Assembly (NCBI GenBank): GCA_963717145.1
Contig: OY970325.1
Location: forward strand, 1,632,001 to 1,696,000
Direction of reading: 5' to 3'
Length of the DNA: 64,000 nucleotides
DNA from: an uncultured Armatimonadetes bacterium
Lineage (GTDB): Bacteria; Armatimonadota; UBA5829; DTJY01
The notes below the pieces were generated by a model that worked only from the letters and a program-made list of their open reading frames with translations, did not search any database and had not been told where the DNA came from. Both the position numbers and the translations under genes were made by a program. Of this stretch, positions 21,044 through 31,199 are shown one piece after another. Each line of letters starts with the position of its first letter. The first letter of the stretch is position 1.

Positions 21044-22026
21044 ATGAGTTCTACCGAGCAATCGAAAGTGGCGTTCGACAAGGCCGAGATCCTCGAGATG
21101 CATCGGACAATGGTCCTGATCCGGCTCTTCGAGGAACGCGCCATGGAGATGTACACCAAGGGCAAGATCGGCGGGTTTCTGCACCTCTACATCGGGCAGG
21201 AGGCCGTCGGTGTCGGGTTCATCTCAGCTCTCCGTGAAGACGACTACGTCGTCGGCGCATACCGCGAGCACGGACAGTGTCTGGCGAAGGGCACCGACCC
21301 GAAGTACGTCATGGCCGAGTTGTACGGGAAGTCCACCGGCATCTCCAAAGGCAAGGGCGGGTCGATGCACATGTTCGACGTGGAGCACGGCTTCATGGGC
21401 GGACACGGGATCGTCGGCGGCGGGATGCCTCTCGCGGCCGGGGTCGGGTTCGCCATCAGGTACCGTGATGGAGACCAGGTCTGCGTCTGCTTCTTCGGTG
21501 ACGGCGCGGTCAATGAGGGCGCGTTTCACGAGGCGATGAACATGGTCTCGCTTTGGAAACTGCCCGTGATATATGTGCTCGAGAACAACTTCTATGGCAT
21601 GGGCACGCCGGTCTACCGGGCCTCGTCGATCCCCGACCTGATCCGCCGAGTGTGCTCCTACGACATCGAGCGCGAGCAGGTGGACGGCATGGACGTCCTC
21701 GCCGTGCGCGAATGTGCCCAACGGACGATCCAGAGGGCGCGCATGGACAAGGAGCCGCGGTTCGTCGAGGCGATCACGTACAGGTATCGCGGACACTCGA
21801 TCTCCGATCCCGGCAACTATCGGACGAAGGAAGAGATCGAGGAGTGGCGGGAGCGCGACCCGATCACCCGCATCGAAGGCTACCTGCGGGATAACGGCAC
21901 GGCCTCAGACGACGAGATCAAGCGGGTCTACGACGAGGCGGCGGCACGGCTCCGGAGGCCGTGGACTTCGCCGAGGAGAGTCCATTCCCGCCTCCCGAGG
22001 CACTCCACGAGGATGTCTATGCTTGA
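21044..22026 (+). CDS. pdhA: Pyruvate dehydrogenase E1 alpha (frameshift near 21945)
   Basis: GFLHLYIGQEA, GKGGSMH, FGDGA, YRYRGHS; conserved tail EAVDFAEESPFP..EDVYA* lies in a shifted frame. Confidence 0.94.
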
Positions 22027-22032
22027 TCTGTC

Positions 22033-22135
22033 GCCACCGTCCTTCGTTACGCTTCGCACTCAGGACTGACGGGTTACGACCTCGCAAGAGAGAACCCGTC
22101 AGTCCTGAGTGCGAAGCGTAACGAAGGACGGTGGC
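22033..22135. repeat. Perfect ~43-bp inverted repeat
   Basis: gccaccgtccttcgttacgcttcgcactcaggactgacgggtt and its reverse complement, 17-nt loop. Confidence 0.9.
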
Positions 22136-22150
22136 ATAGGAGTTGCAGGA

Positions 22151-23131
22151 ATGGCTCAGATCACCTACAGAGAAGCGCTCAATCAGGCGATGAGAGAAGA
22201 GATGCTCCGGGATGACGACATCTTCATCATCGGTGAGGAAGTCGGCGAGTACGGCGGCGCATACAAGGTCACCCAGGGGCTCTTCGACGAGTTCGGCGAC
22301 CGGCGTGTGGTGGATACGCCGATCTCCGAGGAAGGTATCGCAGGCGTCGGAATCGGAGCGGCGATGCTGGGCCTCCGACCGATCATCGAAATGATGACCG
22401 TCAACTTCTCGATGCTCGCCATCGATCAGATCGTCAACCACGGGTCCAAGCTGCGCTACATGTCCGGTGGACAGCTTCAGATCGCTGCGGTGATCCGAGC
22501 GCCCCAGGGAGCGGGTCTGCAACTCGGGGCTCAACATTCGAACAGCCTGGAGTCGTGGTACGCGCACGTCCCCGGCCTCAAAGTAGTCTGTCCCGGAACG
22601 CCGGCTGACGCGAAGGGCCTGCTGAAGAGTTCGATCCGCGACGGAAACCTCGTGATATTCCTCGAGAACGAGGCGATATACGGCAGCAAGGGCGAGGTTC
22701 CGGACGGCGAGTACCTGACTCCGCTCGGCAAGGCGGACATCAAGCGGCCGGGAAAAGACATCACGATCATCACATACTCTCGAATGCTCACGCTCGTGAT
22801 GAAGGCGGCCGAACAGCTCGCAGGCGAGGGCATTGACGCCGAGGTCGTCGACTTGATGACTATCAGGCCGATGGACACGGAGACCGTCGTGGACTCGGTC
22901 AAGAAGACGCATAAGGCAGTCATCGTCGAAGAGGACTGGCGGTCGTTCGGCGCGGGCGGGGAGATCGCGGCGATCATTCAGGAGCAGGCGTTCGACCACC
23001 TCGACGCCCCGGTAATGCGCGTGGCGTCGGAGGAGGTGCCGATGCCGTACTCGAAGCCGCTCGAGCAGTTGGCCCTCCCGCAGGTGGACAAGATCGTAGC
23101 TTCGGTCAGGAGAATCATGGGGAACGGTTGA
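22151..23131 (+). CDS. pdhB: Pyruvate dehydrogenase E1 beta
   Basis: [30 protein letters not shown]. Confidence 0.96.
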   Translation: MAQITYREALNQAMREEMLRDDDIFIIGEEVGEYGGAYKVTQGLFDEFGDRRVVDTPISEEGIAGVGIGAAMLGLRPIIEMMTVNFSMLAIDQIVNHGSKLRYMSGGQLQIAAVIRAPQGAGLQLGAQHSNSLESWYAHVPGLKVVCPGTPADAKGLLKSSIRDGNLVIFLENEAIYGSKGEVPDGEYLTPLGKADIKRPGKDITIITYSRMLTLVMKAAEQLAGEGIDAEVVDLMTIRPMDTETVVDSVKKTHKAVIVEEDWRSFGAGGEIAAIIQEQAFDHLDAPVMRVASEEVPMPYSKPLEQLALPQVDKIVASVRRIMGNG

Positions 23132-23240
23132 TCCCACCGTCGTTCGGGCAGGAGTTGAACTCCTGCACGGCAGACTCGGCGTGCAGGAGTTCAACTCCTG
23201 CCCGAACGACGGTGGGATCAACCATGAACCACTAACCATT
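23126..23240. repeat. Perfect ~44-bp inverted repeat with internal palindrome, merged with heptamer repeats
   Basis: ggttgatcccaccgtcgttcgggcaggagttgaactcctgcacg and its reverse complement, then atgaaccactaaccatt. Confidence 0.88.
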
Positions 23241-23264
23241 TCCCCATTCCCTTGGAGGTTTGCC

Positions 23265-24532
23265 ATGTCTGAGATCACGATGCCGAAGATGAGCGATACG
23301 ATGGAGGAGGGCAAGGTCATCCGCTGGCTGAAGAATGCGGGCGACCGGGTGGCCCAGGGAGAGCCGATCGCCGAGATCGAGACCGACAAGGCGAACGTCG
23401 AGATGGAAGCATTCGAGGCGGGAGTCCTTGGGGATGTCCTCGTTCATGAGGGCGATACCGTGCCTGTCGGTGCGGTCATGGCAACGATCGAGGCCGTCGG
23501 AACGCCCTCAGCGCCGCCCCAGGAAGCCAAGCCCGTCGAGGAACAGCCTGTTGCCCCTCCACAGGTCGCCGCCGAACAGCCGCCGCCGGAAGCGACTCGA
23601 CCTGTGCCTCCGGTGATCGAGCAGCCGATCGAATCGCCCGAGGAAGAGCGCGTCAAGGCATCCCCGCTCGCGCGGAGGATGGCGGAAGAGAACGGCATCG
23701 ATCTCGCCAGGATCCAGGGCACCGGCCCGAATGGTCGGATCGTCGAAGCGGATGTCGAGAAGCTCCTGGGACAGGCCAAGGCTCCGGAGGCGCCCCGACT
23801 CAGGCTCCCCCACCCCAGGCCGCTCCGAGACCCGCGCCGAAAACAGACGTTCCGTCCGAAGAGGTCGAACTCAGCAAGATGCGCAAGACGATCGCCCACC
23901 GGATGAGCCTGAGCAAGCAGACGATCCCGCACTTCTACATCACCGTCGAGATCGAGATGGACTGGGCCGCGAGGGTCCGCGACGAGTTGAACTCGATGGA
24001 TGAGAGCCTGCCCAGGGTCTCGTTCACGGATATGATCATCAAGGCGGCGGCACTTACCCTGAGGGACTTCCCGCTGATCAACGCCTCGTTTGCCGACGAT
24101 AAGCTGCTCGTCCACAAGGAGATCAACGTCGGAATGGCCGTTGCGCTCGACGACGGGCTACTCGTGCCGGTGATCCACAACGCCGATCAGAAAGACCTGC
24201 GCGAGATGGCCGTCAACACGAAGGAACTGGCGGAGCGCGCTCGGTCGAACACCGGGCGCATGTCTGACTACACCGACGGGACGTTCACCGTCTCGAATCT
24301 GGGCATGTTCGATGTCGAGGAGTTCGCGTCTATCATCAACCCGCCGGAAGCGGCGTCGCTCGCGGTCGGCACGATCGCGGACAAGGCGGTCGTGATCGAT
24401 GGGGAGATCGCAGTGTCGAAGCGGATGAGGGCGACTCTGTCGGGCGACCACCGGGTGATGGATGGCGCGGTCGCGGCAAAGTTCATGCAGGCATTCAAGA
24501 AGAAGCTCGAATCCCCGGTCAGTCTCATCTGA
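23265..24532 (+). CDS. pdhC: Dihydrolipoamide acetyltransferase E2 (frameshift in C-run near 23795)
   Basis: Lipoyl domain IETDKA, E3-binding ASPLARR...GTGPNGRI, catalytic DHRVMDG. Confidence 0.94.
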
Positions 24533-24781
24533 ACACAGAAACACAGAAGGGGGAGGAAAGCACGGAACATTCTTTATGAGGAAGCCAGGAAACTAGGAAA
24601 CCAGGAATTGGGGATTGGGCGAAAGGCAAGACTCCGGATCTTCAGTTTTCCCTTTCATGGCTTCCTGGATTCCTGGCTTCCTGAGAGATGAAATCCCATC
24701 CGCTTCATGGTTTCCTAGTCTCCTGGCTTCCTCATAAAGAAGTCTCCGTGTTTTCTTCCCCCTTCTGTGCTTCTGTGTTCT
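24532..24781. repeat. Nested oligomer-tandem inverted repeats (outer CACAGA type, inner CCAGGAA type)
   Basis: aacacagaaacacagaagggggaggaaagcacgga pairs with tccgtgttttcttcccccttctgtgcttctgtgtt; tttatgaggaagccaggaaactaggaaacca pairs with tggtttcctagtctcctggcttcctcataaa. Confidence 0.85.
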
Positions 24782-24787
24782 CCCCGA

Positions 24788-27700
24788 TCAATCGAAGAGC
24801 ACGTTGAAGTCGAGCTGGCAGGTGATGTCATCGGCGTTCGCCGTGGCGGGTTTCGGGCCGTCCCAGTCGGTGAACGTCCCGCTGAACGTGAAGAAATGGT
24901 CCGCGCTGATCGTCTGGTCGTACTTCACTTTGTAGGTGCTCGCGGTGGTCCTGCCGCCGGGCGTCACCACTCTGTCGTAGCCGTAAGAAACCTCGACGGC
25001 GGTCAGTGTATCCAGTCTGCCCGCGATCCCGAGGCTGAATTGTGTCCTGTCCGTCCGCGCCTGGTAGTTTCGCCCGTCTTCCCACTGACCGATGAGGTTC
25101 AGCGTCTTGCTGAGGGTCGTCGTCAGCCTCAACCGCTCGACGCCGATCGGCTCGAACTTCCCTTCCTTCTCGTTATAACTGGTGTAGAGGTAACTCAGCG
25201 CCGTGTTCGCGCTGAACTTGTAGTCTGCCGTGTAGCTCCGCAGCAGGATCGACTGGGCCCGGCCCGGATCGACGACCTTGTATGCGAGTGCGTAGTGTAG
25301 CTTGTTCGCGGGGTTCGGGTCGCCGACGATGCTGAACGATCTGACGATCGGCGTCTTTCCCTCCTTGGTTATGATGCCCGAATAAGAAACCGCGACCTTG
25401 TTCTTCAAGACCGTGCTCTCAACCGACGCCTGCTGAGTCCTGGTCTCCACCTTGTCACGATTCTTGACCTCGGCATACTTGGCGCTCCAGTTCACGCCCT
25501 TGAAGATGCCGAAGTCCCTGGCCGCGGGCGGCGAGAAGCTCAACTCCCGGATCTTGCCGACCGTCGCGCCGTTCAGAACGGTCTCGCCGAATCGGGCCGA
25601 CAGTGCGTATCCGCCGAGCACCTTTCCGGTGACGCCGTAGTCCTGGACGACGGTCTGGTCATTCTGAGTGTCCACCGTTCTTCGCATCCCACTGAATGCC
25701 AGACTCGGCGTGAGGTTCGTTCCAAGGGTGAAGACCTTCACCTTCTCGAACGTCTCATCGCTCTTCTCGATGCTGTTCATGTCGCCGGTGAACCTCACTC
25801 GCTGCTTCGGGTCGTTGTTCACGTGATACGTGCTGATCTTCACCTGCTGCTCGGAGCCATCGAGAGCGGTCGTCGTTTTCGTGTCCATCAGGCCCTTGAA
25901 CTCGAGCGCGCCGATCGCAGCGACCTTGATCTTGTCATCGAGCTTGTACATTTCGTGGAGGAATGTGCCGAATGCATCGGATGTCCCCGCCTCATCCTGA
26001 TACCGGAACAGGGTGACCTGCGGCCCGTTCGCGGGATTGTAAGTCAACTGGTTTCTGAGCTGTTTTCTGAACTTGTCCTGTGTCGCGTGCTGCGCATCGT
26101 ACCAGAAGCTCTGGAGCGAAAGAGCCTTATTCACCTGGTAGTTCAGCGCCGCGTCATACCGCTTCATTCCCTGTTCCGCGACCATGGCCTGCCGGTCCGC
26201 ATCGGCGAGGTCCATGATCCTTGTGAACTCAGGATCGATGCTCTGGTAGTTGGCCTTGAGATCGAACTTCGAGCCCTTCAGCGCCAACCCGTACTTCACC
26301 GCGTCGCCATTGTCGTCGCCCACCCTGGCGAATGAACTGGCGATGCTCAGTCCGGACTTGAGGCTCATCGCGCCGGTGAGATTCATCCGGTCCATGCCGT
26401 ATTCATTGCCGAAGCTCGCCTTCTCTGTCGGTGAGAGCATGCCGAGCTTCTTGAAATCTTTGTCTATCTGCTGCATGAACCCGGACAGGCTGAATCCCTT
26501 GCCCTGCATGCCGAACGACTGGCGGCTGAGGCCTGCCGAGTCGTCGCCGAGGTCCAACATCTGGAGGGATGCAACGCCACTCGCCAGCTTCAGGTTGCCT
26601 CCGATGTTCCTTCGCTCGATCCCGGTCTCGCGTGCTGCGTGCTCCATGTCTTCCTTGGTAACGCTGCCCGCAACCGCGTTCGGATCGAACTCGCGTCGGA
26701 TTCGCAGGGCGATATCTCTCACGTCATCGGGACTCAGGCTGCCGAGCCGCTTGAAACCTGCATCGACCTTCGACTGCGAGGCCGTCAGCCCGAAGTTCGC
26801 TCCGGCGAAGTTGAGCGACTGGAACGAAATGTTGCCGCTCGCATCCGAGATCTGTCCCCATCCGAGACCGTTCCACGCGGCATCCTTGGCCATTCCCTTC
26901 CCGGGCGCCAGACTCAACTGGTAGCTCGACCGGCTCATGCCCTTTTCCTTGGCCCACTGATCGCGCTCCCCTTCCGCGAGGCTGGCAAATCGGCTGAATC
27001 CCGTCTCGACCTCCTGGAACCTCGCATTCAGTTTGACCGAGCCGCTACCGATGTTGAACGACCTGAGCAGGATGTCGCCGCCTTTATCCCCTATCGTCTT
27101 CCAATCGACGCCGGTCTGCGCGCCGTTGCCGAGATCGAGTCCTGCGCTGAAACCGAGGCGCGTGATGCCCTTCTCCTTCTCGAGTTGCTTAAGCACGTCG
27201 ACAGGAGCAGCGTTCTGATCGCGGAGTGACGCGAATCCCGCGAAGTCCTGCCCGACCTTCTGGAAGTCGGTCTTGAGTGAGAGCTTGCCGAACGAGAGAC
27301 TCGAGTTGTGGAGGAGCATATTGTCCCCTTTCGGGGCTTCCGCGGTCTGCTTCTCACCACTCTGAAGCGCCTGGAGAGACACACGGCCGGACTGCTTCGG
27401 CGACGAGGTGTAGAACATGTTCTTCATGCTCGAGTTCGCGCCGAGGGTGGTCGTCAGATTCGCCCCGAACGTAAGCAGGTCGTACTGCGAGTTCTGTCCG
27501 AGCGACATGCCGCTTCGATAGTCGTAAGTGATGCCGAGCGCGCTGCTCTGCCCGATACTGAGCGACAGGGTCGGCGCTCCGATGATCGCGCGCTGGCCCT
27601 CCTTGCCGGGGACGTACCGGTATGTGATGCGGATCATCTGGCTCGGTTTGACGGCGTCGACGAACATCAGCGTGCCGTTGATGCAGTCGAGGTAGTAGTC

Positions 27701-28012
27701 GCGGCTCCGACGCTTCGAGCTTCCGTCGACAGTGACGGTCTCGCTGTTCGGGACGACGTTCGCATGGCTGAGGACGTAACCGGCGCGGGTGCCGTTGCCT
27801 ATGATGCCATCATTGGCGTTGACTCCGCGCTCTTTCGAGAGGGCGTCGATCGTGGCTTTCTGGTCGGCATTCATGGCCTCGGTATAAGACGACCGAAAAC
27901 TCACCAGTGCATCGTCAGCACTGCTGAGTTGTTGTGTACGCCCATATACCGACAGCCCGAGCACTAGAAACGCGCCTAAGCCGGCGGTCCATGTTGACTT
28001 GTGTGCCTTCAA
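24788..28012 (-). CDS. Large exported beta-rich protein, putative outer-membrane barrel with SprA-like motif
   Basis: Signal peptide; VPNSETVTVDG...RDYYLDCINGTLMF; amphipathic strands; five internal repeats; ends QLDFNVLFD. Confidence 0.65.
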   Translation of the reverse strand: MKAHKSTWTAGLGAFLVLGLSVYGRTQQLSSADDALVSFRSSYTEAMNADQKATIDALSKERGVNANDGIIGNGTRAGYVLSHANVVPNSETVTVDGSSKRRSRDYYLDCINGTLMFVDAVKPSQMIRITYRYVPGKEGQRAIIGAPTLSLSIGQSSALGITYDYRSGMSLGQNSQYDLLTFGANLTTTLGANSSMKNMFYTSSPKQSGRVSLQALQSGEKQTAEAPKGDNMLLHNSSLSFGKLSLKTDFQKVGQDFAGFASLRDQNAAPVDVLKQLEKEKGITRLGFSAGLDLGNGAQTGVDWKTIGDKGGDILLRSFNIGSGSVKLNARFQEVETGFSRFASLAEGERDQWAKEKGMSRSSYQLSLAPGKGMAKDAAWNGLGWGQISDASGNISFQSLNFAGANFGLTASQSKVDAGFKRLGSLSPDDVRDIALRIRREFDPNAVAGSVTKEDMEHAARETGIERRNIGGNLKLASGVASLQMLDLGDDSAGLSRQSFGMQGKGFSLSGFMQQIDKDFKKLGMLSPTEKASFGNEYGMDRMNLTGAMSLKSGLSIASSFARVGDDNGDAVKYGLALKGSKFDLKANYQSIDPEFTRIMDLADADRQAMVAEQGMKRYDAALNYQVNKALSLQSFWYDAQHATQDKFRKQLRNQLTYNPANGPQVTLFRYQDEAGTSDAFGTFLHEMYKLDDKIKVAAIGALEFKGLMDTKTTTALDGSEQQVKISTYHVNNDPKQRVRFTGDMNSIEKSDETFEKVKVFTLGTNLTPSLAFSGMRRTVDTQNDQTVVQDYGVTGKVLGGYALSARFGETVLNGATVGKIRELSFSPPAARDFGIFKGVNWSAKYAEVKNRDKVETRTQQASVESTVLKNKVAVSYSGIITKEGKTPIVRSFSIVGDPNPANKLHYALAYKVVDPGRAQSILLRSYTADYKFSANTALSYLYTSYNEKEGKFEPIGVERLRLTTTLSKTLNLIGQWEDGRNYQARTDRTQFSLGIAGRLDTLTAVEVSYGYDRVVTPGGRTTASTYKVKYDQTISADHFFTFSGTFTDWDGPKPATANADDITCQLDFNVLFD

Positions 28013-28126
28013 GAGATATCACCTCGCTTTCATGATCCCGGAACTCATCCGGGACGTGATTGCGATGGGTATCAGCGAAAGCTCAGTCGCCCGGCTTTCA
28101 TTGTGCTATGAGTGCACAATGAAAGC

Positions 28127-29014
28127 TCAGAACCGCAGACTTATCAGCCCGACCGAGTACTTCCTGCCCTCAATGTTTTCGTGAGTTTTGAGCTTGCTCT
28201 TGCTCTTGTTGTTCGCCGCGAGCTTTGCCCTGAGTTGCTCGATCGCCCCAGGCTCGTCGAGAACAACAGTCTTCATGGCCACCTTCCCCAGGGACACCTT
28301 GCTTGCTCCGGCAGGTTCCGTGGCAACGGGCGTCGAGGCGACCTCGTCTTTCTCAGGCTCGACCGGCGTGTTCAGGACAACCTCGGTCTTGACTACCGGC
28401 TCCTCCAGCTTCGGCTCTTCTACTACGACCGGCTGGTCAGAGTTCGAAACACTCCTTTCGACGGGTGGTGACGCCACCGGACTCTTCACGTCCTTGGCAC
28501 TTGCGACCGCCTTCCCGCCGCGGATTCTCGATCTTGCGATTCTCGTCTTCGGGCGGGCGGCGATGATGTTGGGACGAGCGGGGGTTTGCTCCTCGACGCT
28601 CACGTTCGGCAGCCCGGGGGCCGACTTTTCGATGCGCTCGGTCGGGTTGTTCAGCGCAATCGGTGTCTGGACGCCACCGTTGTTCGAGAGCAGGATCCCG
28701 AACAGGACGATGGCGGCGGCAACCGGAGCGCCGGCCCAACGCGCCATCGTGGGCACGTGATCGAACGCGCTCTTGACTCTCGCGAGGAAGCCGGTCCGGT
28801 TCACCGTGGCAGCTTCGATCTGTGCCAGCAGGAACGCGGGCGGCTCGACTTCGGGGGTGGTCCGAAGCATTCCGGTCATGCACTGGAGCGCTTTCCACTC
28901 CGATGCGCAGGAGTCGCACTCGCTCAGATGCGTCTTCATCATCGCGGCATCCGAGTTCTGTACTTCTCCGTCGATGTATGCGGACAGCATCGACAACACT
29001 TTCTGACAGCTCAT
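28127..29014 (-). CDS. zf-HC2 (ZAS) membrane-anchored anti-sigma factor
   Basis: MSCQKV..LSAYIDGE...HLSECDSC (HxxxCxxC); one TM helix; long P/E/V-rich region; AGGAGG RBS. Confidence 0.87.
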   Translation of the reverse strand: MSCQKVLSMLSAYIDGEVQNSDAAMMKTHLSECDSCASEWKALQCMTGMLRTTPEVEPPAFLLAQIEAATVNRTGFLARVKSAFDHVPTMARWAGAPVAAAIVLFGILLSNNGGVQTPIALNNPTERIEKSAPGLPNVSVEEQTPARPNIIAARPKTRIARSRIRGGKAVASAKDVKSPVASPPVERSVSNSDQPVVVEEPKLEEPVVKTEVVLNTPVEPEKDEVASTPVATEPAGASKVSLGKVAMKTVVLDEPGAIEQLRAKLAANNKSKSKLKTHENIEGRKYSVGLISLRF

Positions 29015-29134
29015 TTCCGTAACCTCCTGGTTGGAATTGGACTTACACTACTTCAAACAACTGGGAGGCGCGGATGTTACAGGTATTTCCACGGGGATGG
29101 TAGAGAATTTGCTGCAGAATGTGTAGACCGACGA

Positions 29135-29800
29135 TCAGAGATATGGATTCGTGTCTCTTTCGTCGCCGATTGAGGTCATTGGGCCGTGGCCGGGGTAGAC
29201 GGCGGTGTCGTCGGGGAGGATGAGGAGCTTCTCGTGGATAGCCGTCGTGAGTTGGTCCATCGAGCCACCGGGGAAGTCGGTGCGACCGATGCTTCCCGAG
29301 AAGAGGGTGTCGCCGGCAAAGAGATGGCCCTCAGTGTACAGGCAGATCCCGCCCGGGGTGTGCCCGGGCGTGTGGATAACCCGGAAGGTGATCGAGCCGA
29401 CCTCGATCTCATCGCCATCGACGAGCTGGCGGTCGGCGGGCGGGCTGGTTGCAGGCTCATCACCGACGTACCCCGAGAGGTTCAGCATCGGATCGGTCAG
29501 GAAGTCCGCGTCGGCCTCGTGGATCATGATCGGGCAGCGGAAGCGCGACTTCAGGTCGCCGTTCGCGGCGATATGGTCGCCGTGCCCGTGGGTGTTTACG
29601 ATCGCGATGACATTCAGGCCTTCGGAGTCGATCAGCCTGAGGATAAGATCGGGGTCGCCGCCGGGATCGATGACGATTACGTCCCCACCTCGGGAGGGCG
29701 AGGCTCCGTCCGAGCCGCCGCACTCCAAAGTACCCACGAGGTAGCAGTTGGTTGCGTAAGGAGTAACCACAACGGCGCGGACATAGAGATCGGTGGGCAC
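29135..29800 (-). CDS. MBL-fold metallo-hydrolase (glyoxalase II-like)
   Basis: THGHGDH, HTPGHTPG, GDTLF, YPGHG. Confidence 0.93.
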   Translation of the reverse strand: MPTDLYVRAVVVTPYATNCYLVGTLECGGSDGASPSRGGDVIVIDPGGDPDLILRLIDSEGLNVIAIVNTHGHGDHIAANGDLKSRFRCPIMIHEADADFLTDPMLNLSGYVGDEPATSPPADRQLVDGDEIEVGSITFRVIHTPGHTPGGICLYTEGHLFAGDTLFSGSIGRTDFPGGSMDQLTTAIHEKLLILPDDTAVYPGHGPMTSIGDERDTNPYL

Positions 29801-30642
29801 TACCAGGCCCCTCCATGGATGAACCTGCGCGACCGCTCGATCAAGTCCATGTCGTACGGATCGAGATCGCCGGCCTCCTCATATCGGGCCGCGGCGCGCT
29901 CCTCGTCTCCACGCCAAAGGTAGGTATCACCCAACAGGCAGATGTACGTCGGCTTGAAGTTGAGTCTGCCCGCCTCCCGATACGCTTCCGAGGCGTCCTC
30001 AAAGCGTCCTACTCGCGCGTAGAACATACCAAGCCTCGACACATAATAGTCGTCGCCCGGGCAGAACGACACCGCCTGCTCCATATCACGGATCGCTTCG
30101 TCCATGCGTCCGGCATCGGCGTAGAGGGTTGCAAGCTCGAAGTGGTAGAAGCCCTCCGCCGGGCGGGAGGCGACGGCGTGCTCCAACTGCTCGATGGCTT
30201 CATCGGTCCGGCCAATCACCTTGTATGCGCAGGAGAGCTTATACCGGTAGAAAGCGTTCCCCGGCGACAGCTCGACGGCAGTGCAGAACTCCTCGATCGC
30301 GGCCGCCCACTTCCCGTACCGGACATACACCTCTGCCAGGCTGAAATGAGGCTCGGGGGTCTTCGGATCCCTCTTCAGGGCCTTGCGGTACTGCGCCACG
30401 GCATTGACCGGCAACTCGGCGAAGGCGTAGGCGTCACCGAGGTTCGTGCGGTGGCATGAATCGTCCTCGATACGCGCCGCCTTCTTGTAACGAGTTATGG
30501 CGTGATGAAGCCTGCCCTTCTCCACATACTGATCCGCCAGGGCCTTGTTGCCGTCAGCGGTCTTGGGCTCGCGAGGAGGCTCTTCCGGCCGTTCCACAGG
30601 CTCTTTTTCAGGCTCTTTGCCGAATGGGAAACCGCGTATCAT
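29800..30642 (-). CDS. TPR protein
   Basis: Consecutive TPR consensus repeats. Confidence 0.85.
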   Translation of the reverse strand: MIRGFPFGKEPEKEPVERPEEPPREPKTADGNKALADQYVEKGRLHHAITRYKKAARIEDDSCHRTNLGDAYAFAELPVNAVAQYRKALKRDPKTPEPHFSLAEVYVRYGKWAAAIEEFCTAVELSPGNAFYRYKLSCAYKVIGRTDEAIEQLEHAVASRPAEGFYHFELATLYADAGRMDEAIRDMEQAVSFCPGDDYYVSRLGMFYARVGRFEDASEAYREAGRLNFKPTYICLLGDTYLWRGDEERAAARYEEAGDLDPYDMDLIERSRRFIHGGAW

Positions 30643-30661
30643 ATGTAAACCTCCAGCGAGG

Positions 30662-30755
30662 ACCGTAGGGGCGATCCTTCAACGGTCGCCCGCGATTCGG
30701 ACAGCCTTATGATCATCCGCCTGACGGGCGACCGTTGAAGGATCGCCCCTACGGT
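30662..30755. repeat. Inverted GTAG-REP pair, family C
   Basis: ccgtaggggcgatccttcaacggtcgcccg ... cgggcgaccgttgaaggatcgcccctacgg; second copy at 53873. Confidence 0.9.
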
Positions 30756-30758
30756 GAT

Positions 30759-31198
30759 CTAGTCTGTATCAAGCAAGATAGTCACCGGTCCATCGTTCTC
30801 TATCGTCACTAACATTTTAGCACGGAACTGACCAGTTTGTACCAAAATATTGCGTTTTTTCAACCCGCCGACGTAACTTTGATAAAGCGCATCCGCAAGC
30901 TCAGGAGGCGCTGCCTCGGTGAAGCTCGGCGCCGGCCCTTGCGAGCATCCCCATAGAGCGTAAACTGCGAGACGACGAGCATCTCTCCGCCGACATCGAG
31001 AAGGGACAGGTTCATCTTGCCATCGTCGTCCTCGAAGATCCGCAGGTTCGCGGTCTTGTCCGCGAGGAAGGCAGCCTCGCCCTCGGAGTCGTTCGTCCCA
31101 ACCCCGAGCAGCACGAGGAGCCCTCTGCCTATCGAGGAGACGATCTCGCCATCAATGGCCACGGAAGCCGAACGGACGCGCTGAAGTACCGCTCGCAT
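30759..31198 (-). CDS. dtd: D-aminoacyl-tRNA deacylase (frameshift near 30930)
   Basis: [18 protein letters not shown]; tail SFTEAAPP...[10 protein letters not shown] in a shifted frame; follows rel. Confidence 0.93.
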
Positions 31199-31199
31199 T

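Noticed and set aside
24532-24781. Repeat clusters as CRISPR arrays
   Set aside because: No identical direct repeats with regular unique spacers and no cas genes; the repeats are inverted and degenerate.
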